Shown in pieces: positions 36,635 through 45,597 of a stretch of DNA of 62,659 nucleotides. This stretch comes from Actinomycetes bacterium (GTDB lineage Bacteria; Actinomycetota; Acidimicrobiia; Acidimicrobiales; RAAP-2), in NCBI GenBank assembly GCA_021794995.1, contig JAJYPY010000001.1:1-62659 (forward strand). The letters are read 5' to 3'. Under the pieces are notes generated by a model. It had not been told where the DNA came from. It was given only the letters and a program-made list of their open reading frames with translations, and searched no databases. The translations under genes and the position numbers were made by a program. Positions within the stretch are counted from its first letter, which is position 1. Each line of letters starts with the position of its first letter.

Positions 36635-38542
36635 ATGTGCGGCATCATCGGAGTCACCGGCGACGACGGGGCGCTCGGCACCCTCTTCGACGGACTGCGC
36701 CGCCTCGAGTACCGCGGGTACGACTCGGCGGGGGTCGCCCTGGTCGACGGTGACCACGTGTGGCGGGCACGCGCGGCGGACGGCACCCGTTCGGTCGACG
36801 ACCTGCACGCAGCGACCGCCGACGCGCCGCCGTCCCGCACGGGGATCGGACACACCCGCTGGGCCACGCACGGGGGACCCACCGCCGAGAACGCGCATCC
36901 CCACGAAGACTGCACCGGCCGCATCGCCCTCGTGCACAACGGCATCATCGAGAACCACGCGGAGCTCGCCGCGCCGCTCGCCGCGCGCGGCCACACGTTC
37001 ACCTCGGAGACCGACACCGAGGTCCTGGTCCACCTGATCGAAGAGGAGATGTCCGGCGGGGCCGGCCTCGCCGACGCCGTGCGTGCCACCCTTCGCACGG
37101 TGCGCGGGGCCTTCAGCGTCGTGGCGATCGCGTCCGGCGAACCCGATCTGATCGTCGCCGGGCGGCGGTCGGTGCCGCTGCTCGTCGCGCTCGGTGACGG
37201 GACCGGCCTGGTCGCGTCGGACGTCTCTGCCCTCTTGGGGCGCGCGGACCGGTACTTCGCGCTCGACGACGACCAGGTGGTGGAGATCGGCCCGGGAACC
37301 CTGCGCGTCACCACCCTCGAGGGCGCAGAGGTCGATCCGACCGCCGTCACGGTGGATCCGGCGTGGGACGTGGTCGCGGCGCAGATGGACGGCTTCGACG
37401 ACTTCATGTCGAAGGAGATCCACGAGCAGCCGCGGGCCATCGCGGACACGTTGCTCGACCGGCGCGCGAGCGACGGTGCGCTCGTGCTGGACGAGCTGCG
37501 CCTGTCCCCCGACGAGGTCCGCGCGGTGGACAAGATCGTGGTGGTCGCTTGTGGGAGCAGTTACCACGCCGGCATGGTCGCCAAGTACGCGATCGAGCAC
37601 TGGGCCCGCATTCCTGTCGAGGTCGAGATCGCGAGCGAGCTCCGCTACCGAGAACCGGTGCTGCACGAGCGGACCCTGGTCGTCGGCGTCAGCCAGTCGG
37701 GAGAGACCCTGGACACGCTCGAAGCACTCCGCGAGGCGAGGAGGGCTGGTGCACGCACGATCGCCGTCTCGAACGTCGTGCACTCCACCATGGCCCGCGA
37801 GGCGGATGGCGCGATCTACACCCGGGCCGGACCCGAGGTGAGCGTCGCATCGACCAAGTGCCACCTGGCGCAGATGGTGGCACTCGACGTGCTCGCGCTC
37901 GCGCTCGCCCAATGGCGGGGGACCATCGGTCCCCAAGGGGTCGGAGCCGCGATGGACGAGCTTGCCCGGCTGCCCTCGATGGTCGAGGACGCGCTCGGGC
38001 GCCAAAAGGACGTCGACGCGGTCGCCGACGCGCTCTTAGGGGCGCGGGACTACTTCTTCATCGGTCGCAACGTCGGCTATCCCGTCGCGCTGGAGGGAGC
38101 GCTCAAGCTGAAGGAGATCTCCTACCTGCGCGCGGAGGGCTACCCCGCGGGCGAGCTCAAGCACGGCCCGCTCGCCCTCATCGAACCGGGCACCGTGGTC
38201 GTGGCAGTGCTCGACCCGCTGCGCGACAAGATGCTCTCGAACGTCGCTGAGGCGTCCGCGCGCGGCGCCACCGTGGTGCTGGTCGTCTCCGATGCCACCG
38301 CCGCCGCCACCGCCGCCGCCACCGCCGCCGCCGCCACCGCCGCAGCCACCGCAGCCACCGCCGCAGCCACCGCAGCCACCGCCGCCGACCATGTGATCTA
38401 CGTGCCCAACGTGCGCGAGCCGGTGCTCGCGCCGGTCGTCGAAGTGGTACCGCTGCAGCTCCTCGCGTACGGGCTCGCTCGGCGGCTGGGCAACGACGTC
38501 GACCGGCCGCGGAACCTTGCCAAGACGGTGACGGTCGAGTGA
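36635..38542 (+). CDS. glmS: glutamine--fructose-6-phosphate aminotransferase (isomerising)
   Basis: MCGIIGV Ntn nucleophile and the C-terminal PLQLLAYGLARRLGNDVDRPRNLAKTVTVE. It carries a Thr/Ala repeat insertion near the C-terminus. Confidence 0.95.
   Translation: MCGIIGVTGDDGALGTLFDGLRRLEYRGYDSAGVALVDGDHVWRARAADGTRSVDDLHAATADAPPSRTGIGHTRWATHGGPTAENAHPHEDCTGRIALVHNGIIENHAELAAPLAARGHTFTSETDTEVLVHLIEEEMSGGAGLADAVRATLRTVRGAFSVVAIASGEPDLIVAGRRSVPLLVALGDGTGLVASDVSALLGRADRYFALDDDQVVEIGPGTLRVTTLEGAEVDPTAVTVDPAWDVVAAQMDGFDDFMSKEIHEQPRAIADTLLDRRASDGALVLDELRLSPDEVRAVDKIVVVACGSSYHAGMVAKYAIEHWARIPVEVEIASELRYREPVLHERTLVVGVSQSGETLDTLEALREARRAGARTIAVSNVVHSTMAREADGAIYTRAGPEVSVASTKCHLAQMVALDVLALALAQWRGTIGPQGVGAAMDELARLPSMVEDALGRQKDVDAVADALLGARDYFFIGRNVGYPVALEGALKLKEISYLRAEGYPAGELKHGPLALIEPGTVVVAVLDPLRDKMLSNVAEASARGATVVLVVSDATAAATAAATAAAATAAATAATAAATAATAADHVIYVPNVREPVLAPVVEVVPLQLLAYGLARRLGNDVDRPRNLAKTVTVE
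38294..38386 (+). repeat. In-frame (ACC/GCC/GCA)n trinucleotide-based repeat inside glmS
   Basis: It encodes ATAAATAAATAAAATAAATAATAAATAATAA (31 aa) between VVLVVSD and DHVIYVP. Confidence 0.93.
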
Positions 38543-38907
38543 GCCCGGTGTGTGGTGTGGGGGTCGACGCCGTCGACGTGCCGCGCTTTCGCGCCGCGCT
38601 GGGCCGGCGCCCGGCGATCGCGGACCGGCTCTTCACCGACGCCGAGCGGCGCGACGGCGGTGGGGACGCACAGCGACTGGCGGCGCGGTTCGCGGCCAAG
38701 GAGGCGACGATGAAAGCGCTCGGTGGCGGCATCGGGAGTGTTGGATGGCGGGACGTGGAGGTGGTGCGGCTCGAGACCGGAGCCCCGTCGCTCCACCTCA
38801 CCTCTGCTGCCGAATCGCTCGCCATGCGTCGCGGCGTATCGCGCTGGCACGTGTCGCTGACCCACACGGCGACGGTCGCGATCGCCATGGTGGTGGCCGA
38901 GGCGTAG
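38539..38907 (+). CDS. acpS: holo-[acyl-carrier-protein] synthase
   Basis: GVGVDAVDVPRF...ERFAAKEATMKALG-like motif (RFAAKEATMKALGGG). GTG 38539 overlaps the glmS stop; GTG 38548 and 38557 are alternatives. Confidence 0.85.
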   Translation: MSPVCGVGVDAVDVPRFRAALGRRPAIADRLFTDAERRDGGGDAQRLAARFAAKEATMKALGGGIGSVGWRDVEVVRLETGAPSLHLTSAAESLAMRRGVSRWHVSLTHTATVAIAMVVAEA

Positions 38908-38909
38908 TC

Positions 38910-40271
38910 GTGCTCCCTGTCGTCACCGTGGCCGAGATGCGGGCGGCCGACGCGGCGGCGCCCGTGCCGGAGGAGACCCTGGTCCGCCGCGCCGGCACGG
39001 CGATCGCCGTCGCGGCCATGAAGATGCTCGGCTCCGCCTACGGCGCGCGTGTCGTCGTCGTCGCGGGCAAGGGCAACAACGGTGCCGACGGGAGGGTGGC
39101 GGCGGCGGTGCTGACGCGACGCGGCGCCCGCGTACGGGTGATCGGCGCCGAGCCGGTCCCGCCCGGGTGCCACCTGGTCATCGACGCCGCGCTTGGCACG
39201 GGGCTGCGCCGCCCGTACACCGCGCCCGACGTGCCGGCGGGAGCACGGGTGCTCGCGGTCGACATCCCCTCGGGCATCGACGGCGACACCGGCGCCGCAC
39301 GGGGGACGCCGATGCACGCGTCGCGCACCGTCACCTTCGCGGCGTGGAAGCCCGGGCTGCTCCAGGGAGACGGGCCGCGCTTTGCCGGAGAGGTGGAGGT
39401 CGCCGACATCGGACTGGGGCCGATCGACGCGGCGATCTCGCTCGTCGAAGACGACGACGTCGTGCGTCTCGTGCCCCGGCGCGAGGAGGCTTCGCACAAG
39501 TGGGCGACCGCGGTCTGCGTCGTGGCCGGTTCGCCCGGCATGGAGGGCGCGGCGACCCTGTGCGCACGCGGTGCCTCGCGTGCGGGGGCCGGAATGGTGC
39601 GCCTCGGCGTGCCCGGTGCGGGTACGGGGGCCGGGCCGTGGCCCACCGAGGCGGTGCGGCTCGACCTCTCGGCGCAGACGGGCTGGGCTGAAGACGTGCT
39701 CCGCGCACTCGAGCGCTGCAAGGTGCTCGTGATCGGACCGGGGATCGGGCGCTCCGACGCCACGCAACGCGAAGTGCGCCGCGTCCTCTCGCGCTCGCCG
39801 GTCCCTGTGATCGCCGATGCCGACGCACTGTTCGCGCTCGGCGACGCCGGGGCTGCGCGCGAGGTCCTCGCACGGGCACCGGCGGTCATCGTGACGCCGC
39901 ACGACGGCGAGTACGCCCGGCTGCTCGGCGAGGGCCCGGGAACCGACCGCGTCGCGGCGGCACGCCGGCTCGCCACCGCGCTGGGCGTGACGGCGCTCGT
40001 GAAGGGCTCGCTCACCGCCGTGGCGTCGCCCTCGGACCGCGTCATGCTGTCTTCGGCGGGCAGCTCGCGGCTCGCGACCGCCGGCACCGGTGACGTGCTG
40101 TCGGGCGTGATCGGCGCGTGCGTGGCCCGCGGGATGCCACCCCTCGAGGCGGCCGCGGTCGCCGCGCACCTCCACGGCCGCGCGGCCTCGGACGGCCGCG
40201 CGGAGGGGCTGGTGGCCACGGACCTGCCGCGCCTCGTCTCGGCGCGTCTGTCGAGGGCGCTCCGTGGTTGA
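38910..40271 (+). CDS. nnr: bifunctional NAD(P)H-hydrate repair enzyme (YjeF_N epimerase + YjeF_C dehydratase)
   Basis: VVVVAGKGNNGADG marks the N-terminal domain. HKWATAVCVVAGSPGMEGAA...TPHDGEY...GTGDVLSGVIGA marks the C-terminal domain. Confidence 0.85.
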   Translation: MLPVVTVAEMRAADAAAPVPEETLVRRAGTAIAVAAMKMLGSAYGARVVVVAGKGNNGADGRVAAAVLTRRGARVRVIGAEPVPPGCHLVIDAALGTGLRRPYTAPDVPAGARVLAVDIPSGIDGDTGAARGTPMHASRTVTFAAWKPGLLQGDGPRFAGEVEVADIGLGPIDAAISLVEDDDVVRLVPRREEASHKWATAVCVVAGSPGMEGAATLCARGASRAGAGMVRLGVPGAGTGAGPWPTEAVRLDLSAQTGWAEDVLRALERCKVLVIGPGIGRSDATQREVRRVLSRSPVPVIADADALFALGDAGAAREVLARAPAVIVTPHDGEYARLLGEGPGTDRVAAARRLATALGVTALVKGSLTAVASPSDRVMLSSAGSSRLATAGTGDVLSGVIGACVARGMPPLEAAAVAAHLHGRAASDGRAEGLVATDLPRLVSARLSRALRG

Positions 40272-41433
40272 GGGCCGCACCAGGCCGGCGTGGGTCGAGG
40301 TCGACCTGGACGCGCTGCGCCACAACGTGGCGCTCCTCGCCCAGCGTGTCGCGCCGGCTGCGCTCTGCGCGGTGGTGAAGGCGGACGCCTACGGGCACGG
40401 CGCGGTGCCCGTCGCGCGCGCGGCGATCGGCGCCGGGGCTGCCGGGCTGGCGGTCGCGCTCGTCGACGAAGGCGTCGAGCTCCGCGAGGCGGGGATCGAG
40501 GCACCCGTGCTGCTGCTCAGCGAGCCTCCCGCCGACGCTGCCGACATGGTGGTGCGTGCGGGGCTGGCCGCGACGGTGACGTCTCGTGGGGGCGTCGACG
40601 CGCTGGCGCACGCGGCGCGCCGCGTGGGGACCCGAGTGCGGGTGCACGTCAAGGTCGACACCGGCATGCACCGCATCGGCGTCGCCCCGGGCGCGGCCGC
40701 TGCCCTGGTCGCCGCCGTCGCCGACGAGCCCGCACTCGCGCTCGAGGCGGTGTGGACGCACCTCGCCGTCGCCGACGGCACGGCCGCCGACGACCGGACG
40801 TTCACGGTGCTCCAGCTCGAGACCTTCGACAAGGTGGTGGCCGGCCTCCCCGCTCGCCCGCAGGTGCTGCACGCCGCGAACACGGCGGGTGCGGTCGCGT
40901 GGACCGCCGCCCGCTACGACATGGTGCGCACGGGGATCGGCATGTACGGCCTCGCGCCGGGTCCGGACTTGGTGGCGGACGGCGACTCCGGCCCGTTCCT
41001 GGCGCGCCTGCGTCCGGTGCTCTCTCTCAGGGCCCGGGTGTCGGCGGTGCGCGAGCTCGACGCAGCCGAGCGTCCCTCCTACGGCCGCCGCCGGCCGCTC
41101 CCCGAGCGCGGTGTCGTGGCGACCGTCCCGCTCGGCTACGCCGACGGCGTCCGCCGCGGGCTGTTCGACGGGGGGTGCGAGGTGCTCGTCGGCGGCCGGC
41201 GATGCCCGCTCGCCGGGACGATCACCATGGACCAGCTCATGGTCGACTGCGGACCCGACGCTGCCGTGGCACCCGGTGACGAGGTCACGCTCATCGGACG
41301 CCAGGGATCCGATGAGGTCACGGCCGCGCAGTGGGCGTCGATGCTCGGCACGATCGGCTACGAGGTGCTCTGCGGCATCGGACCACGGGTCCCTCGCGTG
41401 GTCGTGGGCGGTCCCGCGGGGAGGAAGCCGTGA
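40264..41433 (+). CDS. alr: alanine racemase
   Basis: WVEVDLDALRHNV...AVVKADAYGHGA (PLP lysine motif)...YGRRRP...TITMDQLMVD. Confidence 0.92.
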   Translation: MVEGRTRPAWVEVDLDALRHNVALLAQRVAPAALCAVVKADAYGHGAVPVARAAIGAGAAGLAVALVDEGVELREAGIEAPVLLLSEPPADAADMVVRAGLAATVTSRGGVDALAHAARRVGTRVRVHVKVDTGMHRIGVAPGAAAALVAAVADEPALALEAVWTHLAVADGTAADDRTFTVLQLETFDKVVAGLPARPQVLHAANTAGAVAWTAARYDMVRTGIGMYGLAPGPDLVADGDSGPFLARLRPVLSLRARVSAVRELDAAERPSYGRRRPLPERGVVATVPLGYADGVRRGLFDGGCEVLVGGRRCPLAGTITMDQLMVDCGPDAAVAPGDEVTLIGRQGSDEVTAAQWASMLGTIGYEVLCGIGPRVPRVVVGGPAGRKP

Positions 41434-42389
41434 GCCTTCGGCGTGGCGCGGTCGCCGGCGCCGGAGTCGCGGCCGGGCTCGGGCTCGCCTACGCCGTCCA
41501 GCGGACGGCGACCCTGCGCTGGCAGGTGGGGGCGGACGAGCTCGCGGCCGCTGGCCGCACGCTGCCGGGGGACCTCCGCCACCACTTCGTGGCGGTGAGC
41601 GACGGTGGCCGCATCCACGCGGTCGAGCGCGGCGGTGCAGGGATCGAGGCGCCGACCGTGGTGCTCGTCCACGGCATCTGCCTCGGGATCGCCACCTGGG
41701 CGCCGCAGCTGCGTGGTCTCGGCGGCAGGGTCGTCGCCGTCAGCCAGCGGGGCCACGGACAGTCCCAGGCGGGCGCCGACGGCTACCGGTTCGACCGGTT
41801 GGGCACCGACCTCCTCGAGGTGCTCGACGCGCTCGACGTGCGCGACGCCGTCCTCGTCGGACATTCGATGGGAGGGATGATCGCCCAACTGCTCGCGGTG
41901 ACGCGCCCCGAAGAGCTCGCGGGCCGCGTCCGGCGACTCGTGCTCGTCGCCACGACCCCCGGCCCGCTGCTCACCGCGCCGTTCTCGGCGTTCATCACCG
42001 CCGGCACGGGTCGCGTGCTCGCCGCGGCCGAGCGGCGCGGACGCGGACCGTTCCCCTCGTCGTTGAGCATCTGGGCGGCACGTACGGCGTTCGGCGCCCG
42101 CCCCTCCCCGGCCGACATCCAGCTCCTGTGCTGGATGCTCGACGCCATGTCGCCCGCCGCGCTCGCCGAGCTCCTCCCGCATCTCCTGGCCTTCGACGTG
42201 CGCGAACGGCTGGGGTCGGTGTCGCTGCCGACCCACGCCGTCGTCGGAACCCGTGACGTCCTCACCCCAGCGCGTACATCGCGCGCCATCGCCGCGCGGA
42301 TTCCCGGCGCACGGCTCACGACCCTTCCCGGGAGCGGTCACATGGTGATGCTCGAGCGGGCGGAGGCGCTATGCGACCTGCTGCGCTAG
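41430..42389 (+). CDS. alpha/beta-fold hydrolase with an N-terminal hydrophobic segment
   Basis: VVLVHGI, the nucleophile elbow VGHSMGG and GSGHMVMLE. GTG 41430 overlaps the alr stop. Confidence 0.75.
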   Translation: MSLRRGAVAGAGVAAGLGLAYAVQRTATLRWQVGADELAAAGRTLPGDLRHHFVAVSDGGRIHAVERGGAGIEAPTVVLVHGICLGIATWAPQLRGLGGRVVAVSQRGHGQSQAGADGYRFDRLGTDLLEVLDALDVRDAVLVGHSMGGMIAQLLAVTRPEELAGRVRRLVLVATTPGPLLTAPFSAFITAGTGRVLAAAERRGRGPFPSSLSIWAARTAFGARPSPADIQLLCWMLDAMSPAALAELLPHLLAFDVRERLGSVSLPTHAVVGTRDVLTPARTSRAIAARIPGARLTTLPGSGHMVMLERAEALCDLLR

Positions 42390-42961
42390 ATCTGTCGGCG
42401 CTGGACTTCGGGGCGCTGGCGACGGAGGCGTCGGGGTGCACGCGCTGCGAACTGGCCTCGACGCGCACGACCGTCGTGTTCGGCGTCGGGGACCCGCACG
42501 CCCGTCTGATGTTCGTCGGCGAGGGGCCCGGGCGCGACGAGGACCTTTCGGGACAGCCGTTCGTCGGCCGCTCGGGGAAGCTGCTCGACCGCCTGATCGC
42601 CGAAGAGCTCGGCATGGACCGCACCCAGTGCTATATCGCCAACGTCGTGATGTGCCGCCCGCCGCAGAACCGCGATCCGCGCCCGGCCGAGATGGACGCC
42701 TGCCGTCCGTTCCTCGAGCGCAAGATCGCGCTGATCGCGCCCGAGGTGATCGTCTCGCTCGGCAACGTGGCGACCCGCGCGCTGCTGGGCACCCCCGACG
42801 GCATCCGCAGCCTGCGTGGCCGCTCCTACCCCTTTGGCGGGGCGGTGCTCGTCCCGACCTACCACCCTGCCGCCGCGCTGCGCTCGGGAGGCGAGGTGGT
42901 CGCCGAGATGCGCGCCGATCTCGTGCGCGCGAAGCGCGCGCTTGCAGGGACGCCTGGATGA
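42371..42961 (+). CDS. uracil-DNA glycosylase, family 4 (Fe-S type)
   Basis: GCTRCELAS...VVFGVGDPHARLMFVGEGPGRDEDLSGQPFVGRSGKLL...CRPPQNRDP...TYHPAA. Confidence 0.88.
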   Translation: MRPAALDLSALDFGALATEASGCTRCELASTRTTVVFGVGDPHARLMFVGEGPGRDEDLSGQPFVGRSGKLLDRLIAEELGMDRTQCYIANVVMCRPPQNRDPRPAEMDACRPFLERKIALIAPEVIVSLGNVATRALLGTPDGIRSLRGRSYPFGGAVLVPTYHPAAALRSGGEVVAEMRADLVRAKRALAGTPG

Positions 42962-43446
42962 GCTGGTCGTTGCGCGTGCCGTCGGCATCGCCCGAAGAGA
43001 CGCGCGCGCTCGCCGCGCACCTGGCGAGCGCCGCCCACCCCGGAGACGTCATCGTCCTGGCCGGATCGCTCGGCGCCGGCAAGACGACGTTCGCGCAAGG
43101 CTTCGCCCACGGCCTCGGTGTCCGGGGACCCGTGACCAGCCCGACCTTCACGCTCGTACGCCAGTACCCGTGCGCGCTGGGCCAGCTCGTCCACGCCGAT
43201 ATCTACCGGCTCGACCAGCTCGCGGAGGTGGCGGACCTCGGCATCGCCGAGCTCGTCGAGCACGGGGTCGCGCTCGTGGAATGGGGGAACGTCGCGACGC
43301 CCGCCCTCGCGCCGGTCACCTGGACGATCGAGATCACGAAGGACGCGGAGTCCGACGATGGCCGGACCCTCACGGTTCGAGGCGACGTCGACGATCGGCG
43401 CGACGCCGTGGTGGCGGCATTGGGCCCGGCTCTGGAGGCGCGGTGA
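42958..43446 (+). CDS. tsaE: tRNA t6A37 biosynthesis ATPase TsaE
   Basis: LAGSLGAGKTTFAQGF...VTSPTFTLVRQY...HADIYRL. Confidence 0.9.
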   Translation: MSWSLRVPSASPEETRALAAHLASAAHPGDVIVLAGSLGAGKTTFAQGFAHGLGVRGPVTSPTFTLVRQYPCALGQLVHADIYRLDQLAEVADLGIAELVEHGVALVEWGNVATPALAPVTWTIEITKDAESDDGRTLTVRGDVDDRRDAVVAALGPALEAR

Positions 43447-44120
43447 TCCTGCTCGGGATCGAGACGGCCGCCGAGCTCGTGGGGGTGGCGCTGAGCGACG
43501 CAGAGGGACCGCGCGCGGGCGTGTGGGTGCGCGGGGAGCGCCGTCACGCCGAAGCGCTCGCCCCCGCCATCGCGCACGTTCTCGACCAGGCCGGTGTCTC
43601 GCTGCCCGACGTCGGCGCCGTCGCGGTCGACGTCGGACCCGGGCTCTTCACGGGGCTGCGCGTCGGGATCGCCACCGCGCAAGGTCTGGCGCAGGGCCTC
43701 GGCATCGGGGTGCTTGCGGTGACGAGCGTCTCGGTCCTCGCTCGTGAGGCCTACGACGCGGGGTGGGAAGGCCCGGTCGCAGCCGTCGTCGACGCCCGGC
43801 GCGGCGAGGTCTTCTGCGCGCGCTTCGACGGCCCGACACACGAGACCCATCCACCCGCGCGCACCGACCCCGCGGCGCTCGCCGCAGAGCTGCACGGTGA
43901 CACCACGCTCCTCGTGGTCGGCACCGGCGCGCACCGCTACGGCGGCGTGTTCGCCGCCGAGGGGCTCCATGTGGCGGACATCCGTGAGCCGTCGCCTCGT
44001 GCGCTGGTCACGATCGCCGCCGATAAGCTGGCCGCAGGCGAGACGCCGGTGCCGGGCGCCCAGGTGCGCCCGGTCTACCTGCGGGAGGCCGACGCGCGTA
44101 TCAACTGGGTGCAGCGGTGA
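43443..44120 (+). CDS. tsaB: tRNA t6A37 biosynthesis protein TsaB
   Basis: ILLGIETAAELVGVAL...AVAVDVGPGLFTGLRVGIATAQGLA. The GTG overlaps the tsaE stop. Confidence 0.88.
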   Translation: MILLGIETAAELVGVALSDAEGPRAGVWVRGERRHAEALAPAIAHVLDQAGVSLPDVGAVAVDVGPGLFTGLRVGIATAQGLAQGLGIGVLAVTSVSVLAREAYDAGWEGPVAAVVDARRGEVFCARFDGPTHETHPPARTDPAALAAELHGDTTLLVVGTGAHRYGGVFAAEGLHVADIREPSPRALVTIAADKLAAGETPVPGAQVRPVYLREADARINWVQR

Positions 44121-44620
44121 TCGAGCTCGTCAAGATGCGCCGGCGCGACCTGCGGCGCGTGATGGCCATCGAGCAGGTGGTGTTCCCCGAGCCGTGGAGC
44201 CACGGGGTGTTCTCGTCCGAGCTGGCGCTCCGACGCGGCAGGGCCTACCGGGTGGCCCGTCTGGGCAGGGAGATGGTCGGCTACGTGGGCCTGATGTTCG
44301 TAGAGGAGGAGGCGCACGTGACGACGGTGGCCGTGGCACCCGAGCACCAAGGTCGCGGGATCGGGGCCCAGATCATGGCGGGTGCCGTGCGCATCGCACT
44401 CGGCGAAGGTGCACGCCACATGTCGCTCGAGGTCGCGGTCGGCAACGCTCGCGCGCAGTCGCTCTACCGCCGCTTCGGGTTCGCGCCCGTCGGCGTGCGC
44501 AAGGGCTACTACCAGATGACCGGCGAGGACGCGTACGTCATGTGGGCTTACGACATCGACTCTCCCGCCTACGCCGCGCGCCTCGAGCGCATCGAGTCCG
44601 AAGAGGCGCAACGCGTATGA
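44117..44620 (+). CDS. rimI: ribosomal-protein-alanine N-acetyltransferase (GNAT)
   Basis: VAVAPEHQGRGIGAQIM...LEVAVGNARAQSLYRRFGF, sited between tsaB and tsaD. Confidence 0.85.
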   Translation: MIELVKMRRRDLRRVMAIEQVVFPEPWSHGVFSSELALRRGRAYRVARLGREMVGYVGLMFVEEEAHVTTVAVAPEHQGRGIGAQIMAGAVRIALGEGARHMSLEVAVGNARAQSLYRRFGFAPVGVRKGYYQMTGEDAYVMWAYDIDSPAYAARLERIESEEAQRV

Positions 44621-45597
44621 ACGTCCTCGGCATCGAGACGTCCTGCGACGAGACGGCCGCGGCCGTCGTCGACGACGAGCGCGTCGTGCGGTCCTCCATC
44701 GTCTCGAGCCAGATCGACCTGCACGCCCGCTACGGCGGCGTCGTGCCGGAGATCGCAGGGCGCGCGCACCTGGAGCTGCTGATGCCCGTCGTCGCCGAGG
44801 CGATGAGCGGCGCCGGCCTGGAGCGCCCCGACGCCGTCGCCGCCACCTACGGGCCGGGGCTCATCGGGTCGCTCCTGGTCGGGCTCTCCGCCGCCAAGGC
44901 GCTCGCCATGAGCTGGGACGTGCCCTTTGTGGGGGTGAACCACCTGGAGGGCCACCTGTTCGCGCCGGTGATCGAAGAGCCCGCGCTCGAATGGCCACTG
45001 GTGGTGCTGCTCGTGTCCGGAGGTCACACCCTCTTGGTGCAGGCGACCGCGCCCGGCCGCTACCGCCTGCTCGGCCAGACGCTCGACGACGCGGCCGGCG
45101 AGGCCTTCGACAAGGTGGCGCGGTTCTTGGGACTCGGCTACCCGGGCGGCCCGGCGATCGACCGCGCTGCCAAGGAGGGGGACCCGCGCGCGTTCCGGTT
45201 CCCACGAGCGATGGCCGACGAGGGATTCGACTTCTCCTTTTCGGGGCTCAAGACGGCGGTCGTCCGCACCGTCGAGCGCGACCCCGGCGCCTCGACGCCC
45301 GACATCGCCGCCTCCTTCCAGGACGCCGTCGTCGACGTGCTCGTGACCAAGGCGGCGCGCGCCGTCGCGGACGTGGGGGCGAGGAGCTTCTGCCTCGGCG
45401 GGGGGGTCGCCGCCAACTCGCTCCTGCGTCTGCGGGCCCCCGAGGTCGGTGTCCCCACCTATGTGCCGAGCATGGCGATGTGCACGGACAACGCGGCGAT
45501 GGTCGCGGCAGCCGGCGCGTTCAGGCTCGCGCACGACGGGCCGAGCCCGCTCTCCCTCTCCGCCGACCCGAACCTGTCGTTGCCATGGACGCGGTGA
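44617..45597 (+). CDS. tsaD: tRNA N6-adenosine threonylcarbamoyltransferase TsaD
   Basis: MNVLGIETSCDETAAAVV...GVNHLEGHL...LLVSGGHT. Confidence 0.94.
   Translation: MNVLGIETSCDETAAAVVDDERVVRSSIVSSQIDLHARYGGVVPEIAGRAHLELLMPVVAEAMSGAGLERPDAVAATYGPGLIGSLLVGLSAAKALAMSWDVPFVGVNHLEGHLFAPVIEEPALEWPLVVLLVSGGHTLLVQATAPGRYRLLGQTLDDAAGEAFDKVARFLGLGYPGGPAIDRAAKEGDPRAFRFPRAMADEGFDFSFSGLKTAVVRTVERDPGASTPDIAASFQDAVVDVLVTKAARAVADVGARSFCLGGGVAANSLLRLRAPEVGVPTYVPSMAMCTDNAAMVAAAGAFRLAHDGPSPLSLSADPNLSLPWTR

Noticed and set aside
38036-38392. A minus-strand ORF encoding a poly-Gly/Cys tract.
   Set aside because: It is the reverse complement of the (Thr/Ala)n repeat inside glmS. It lies wholly within a conserved essential gene.
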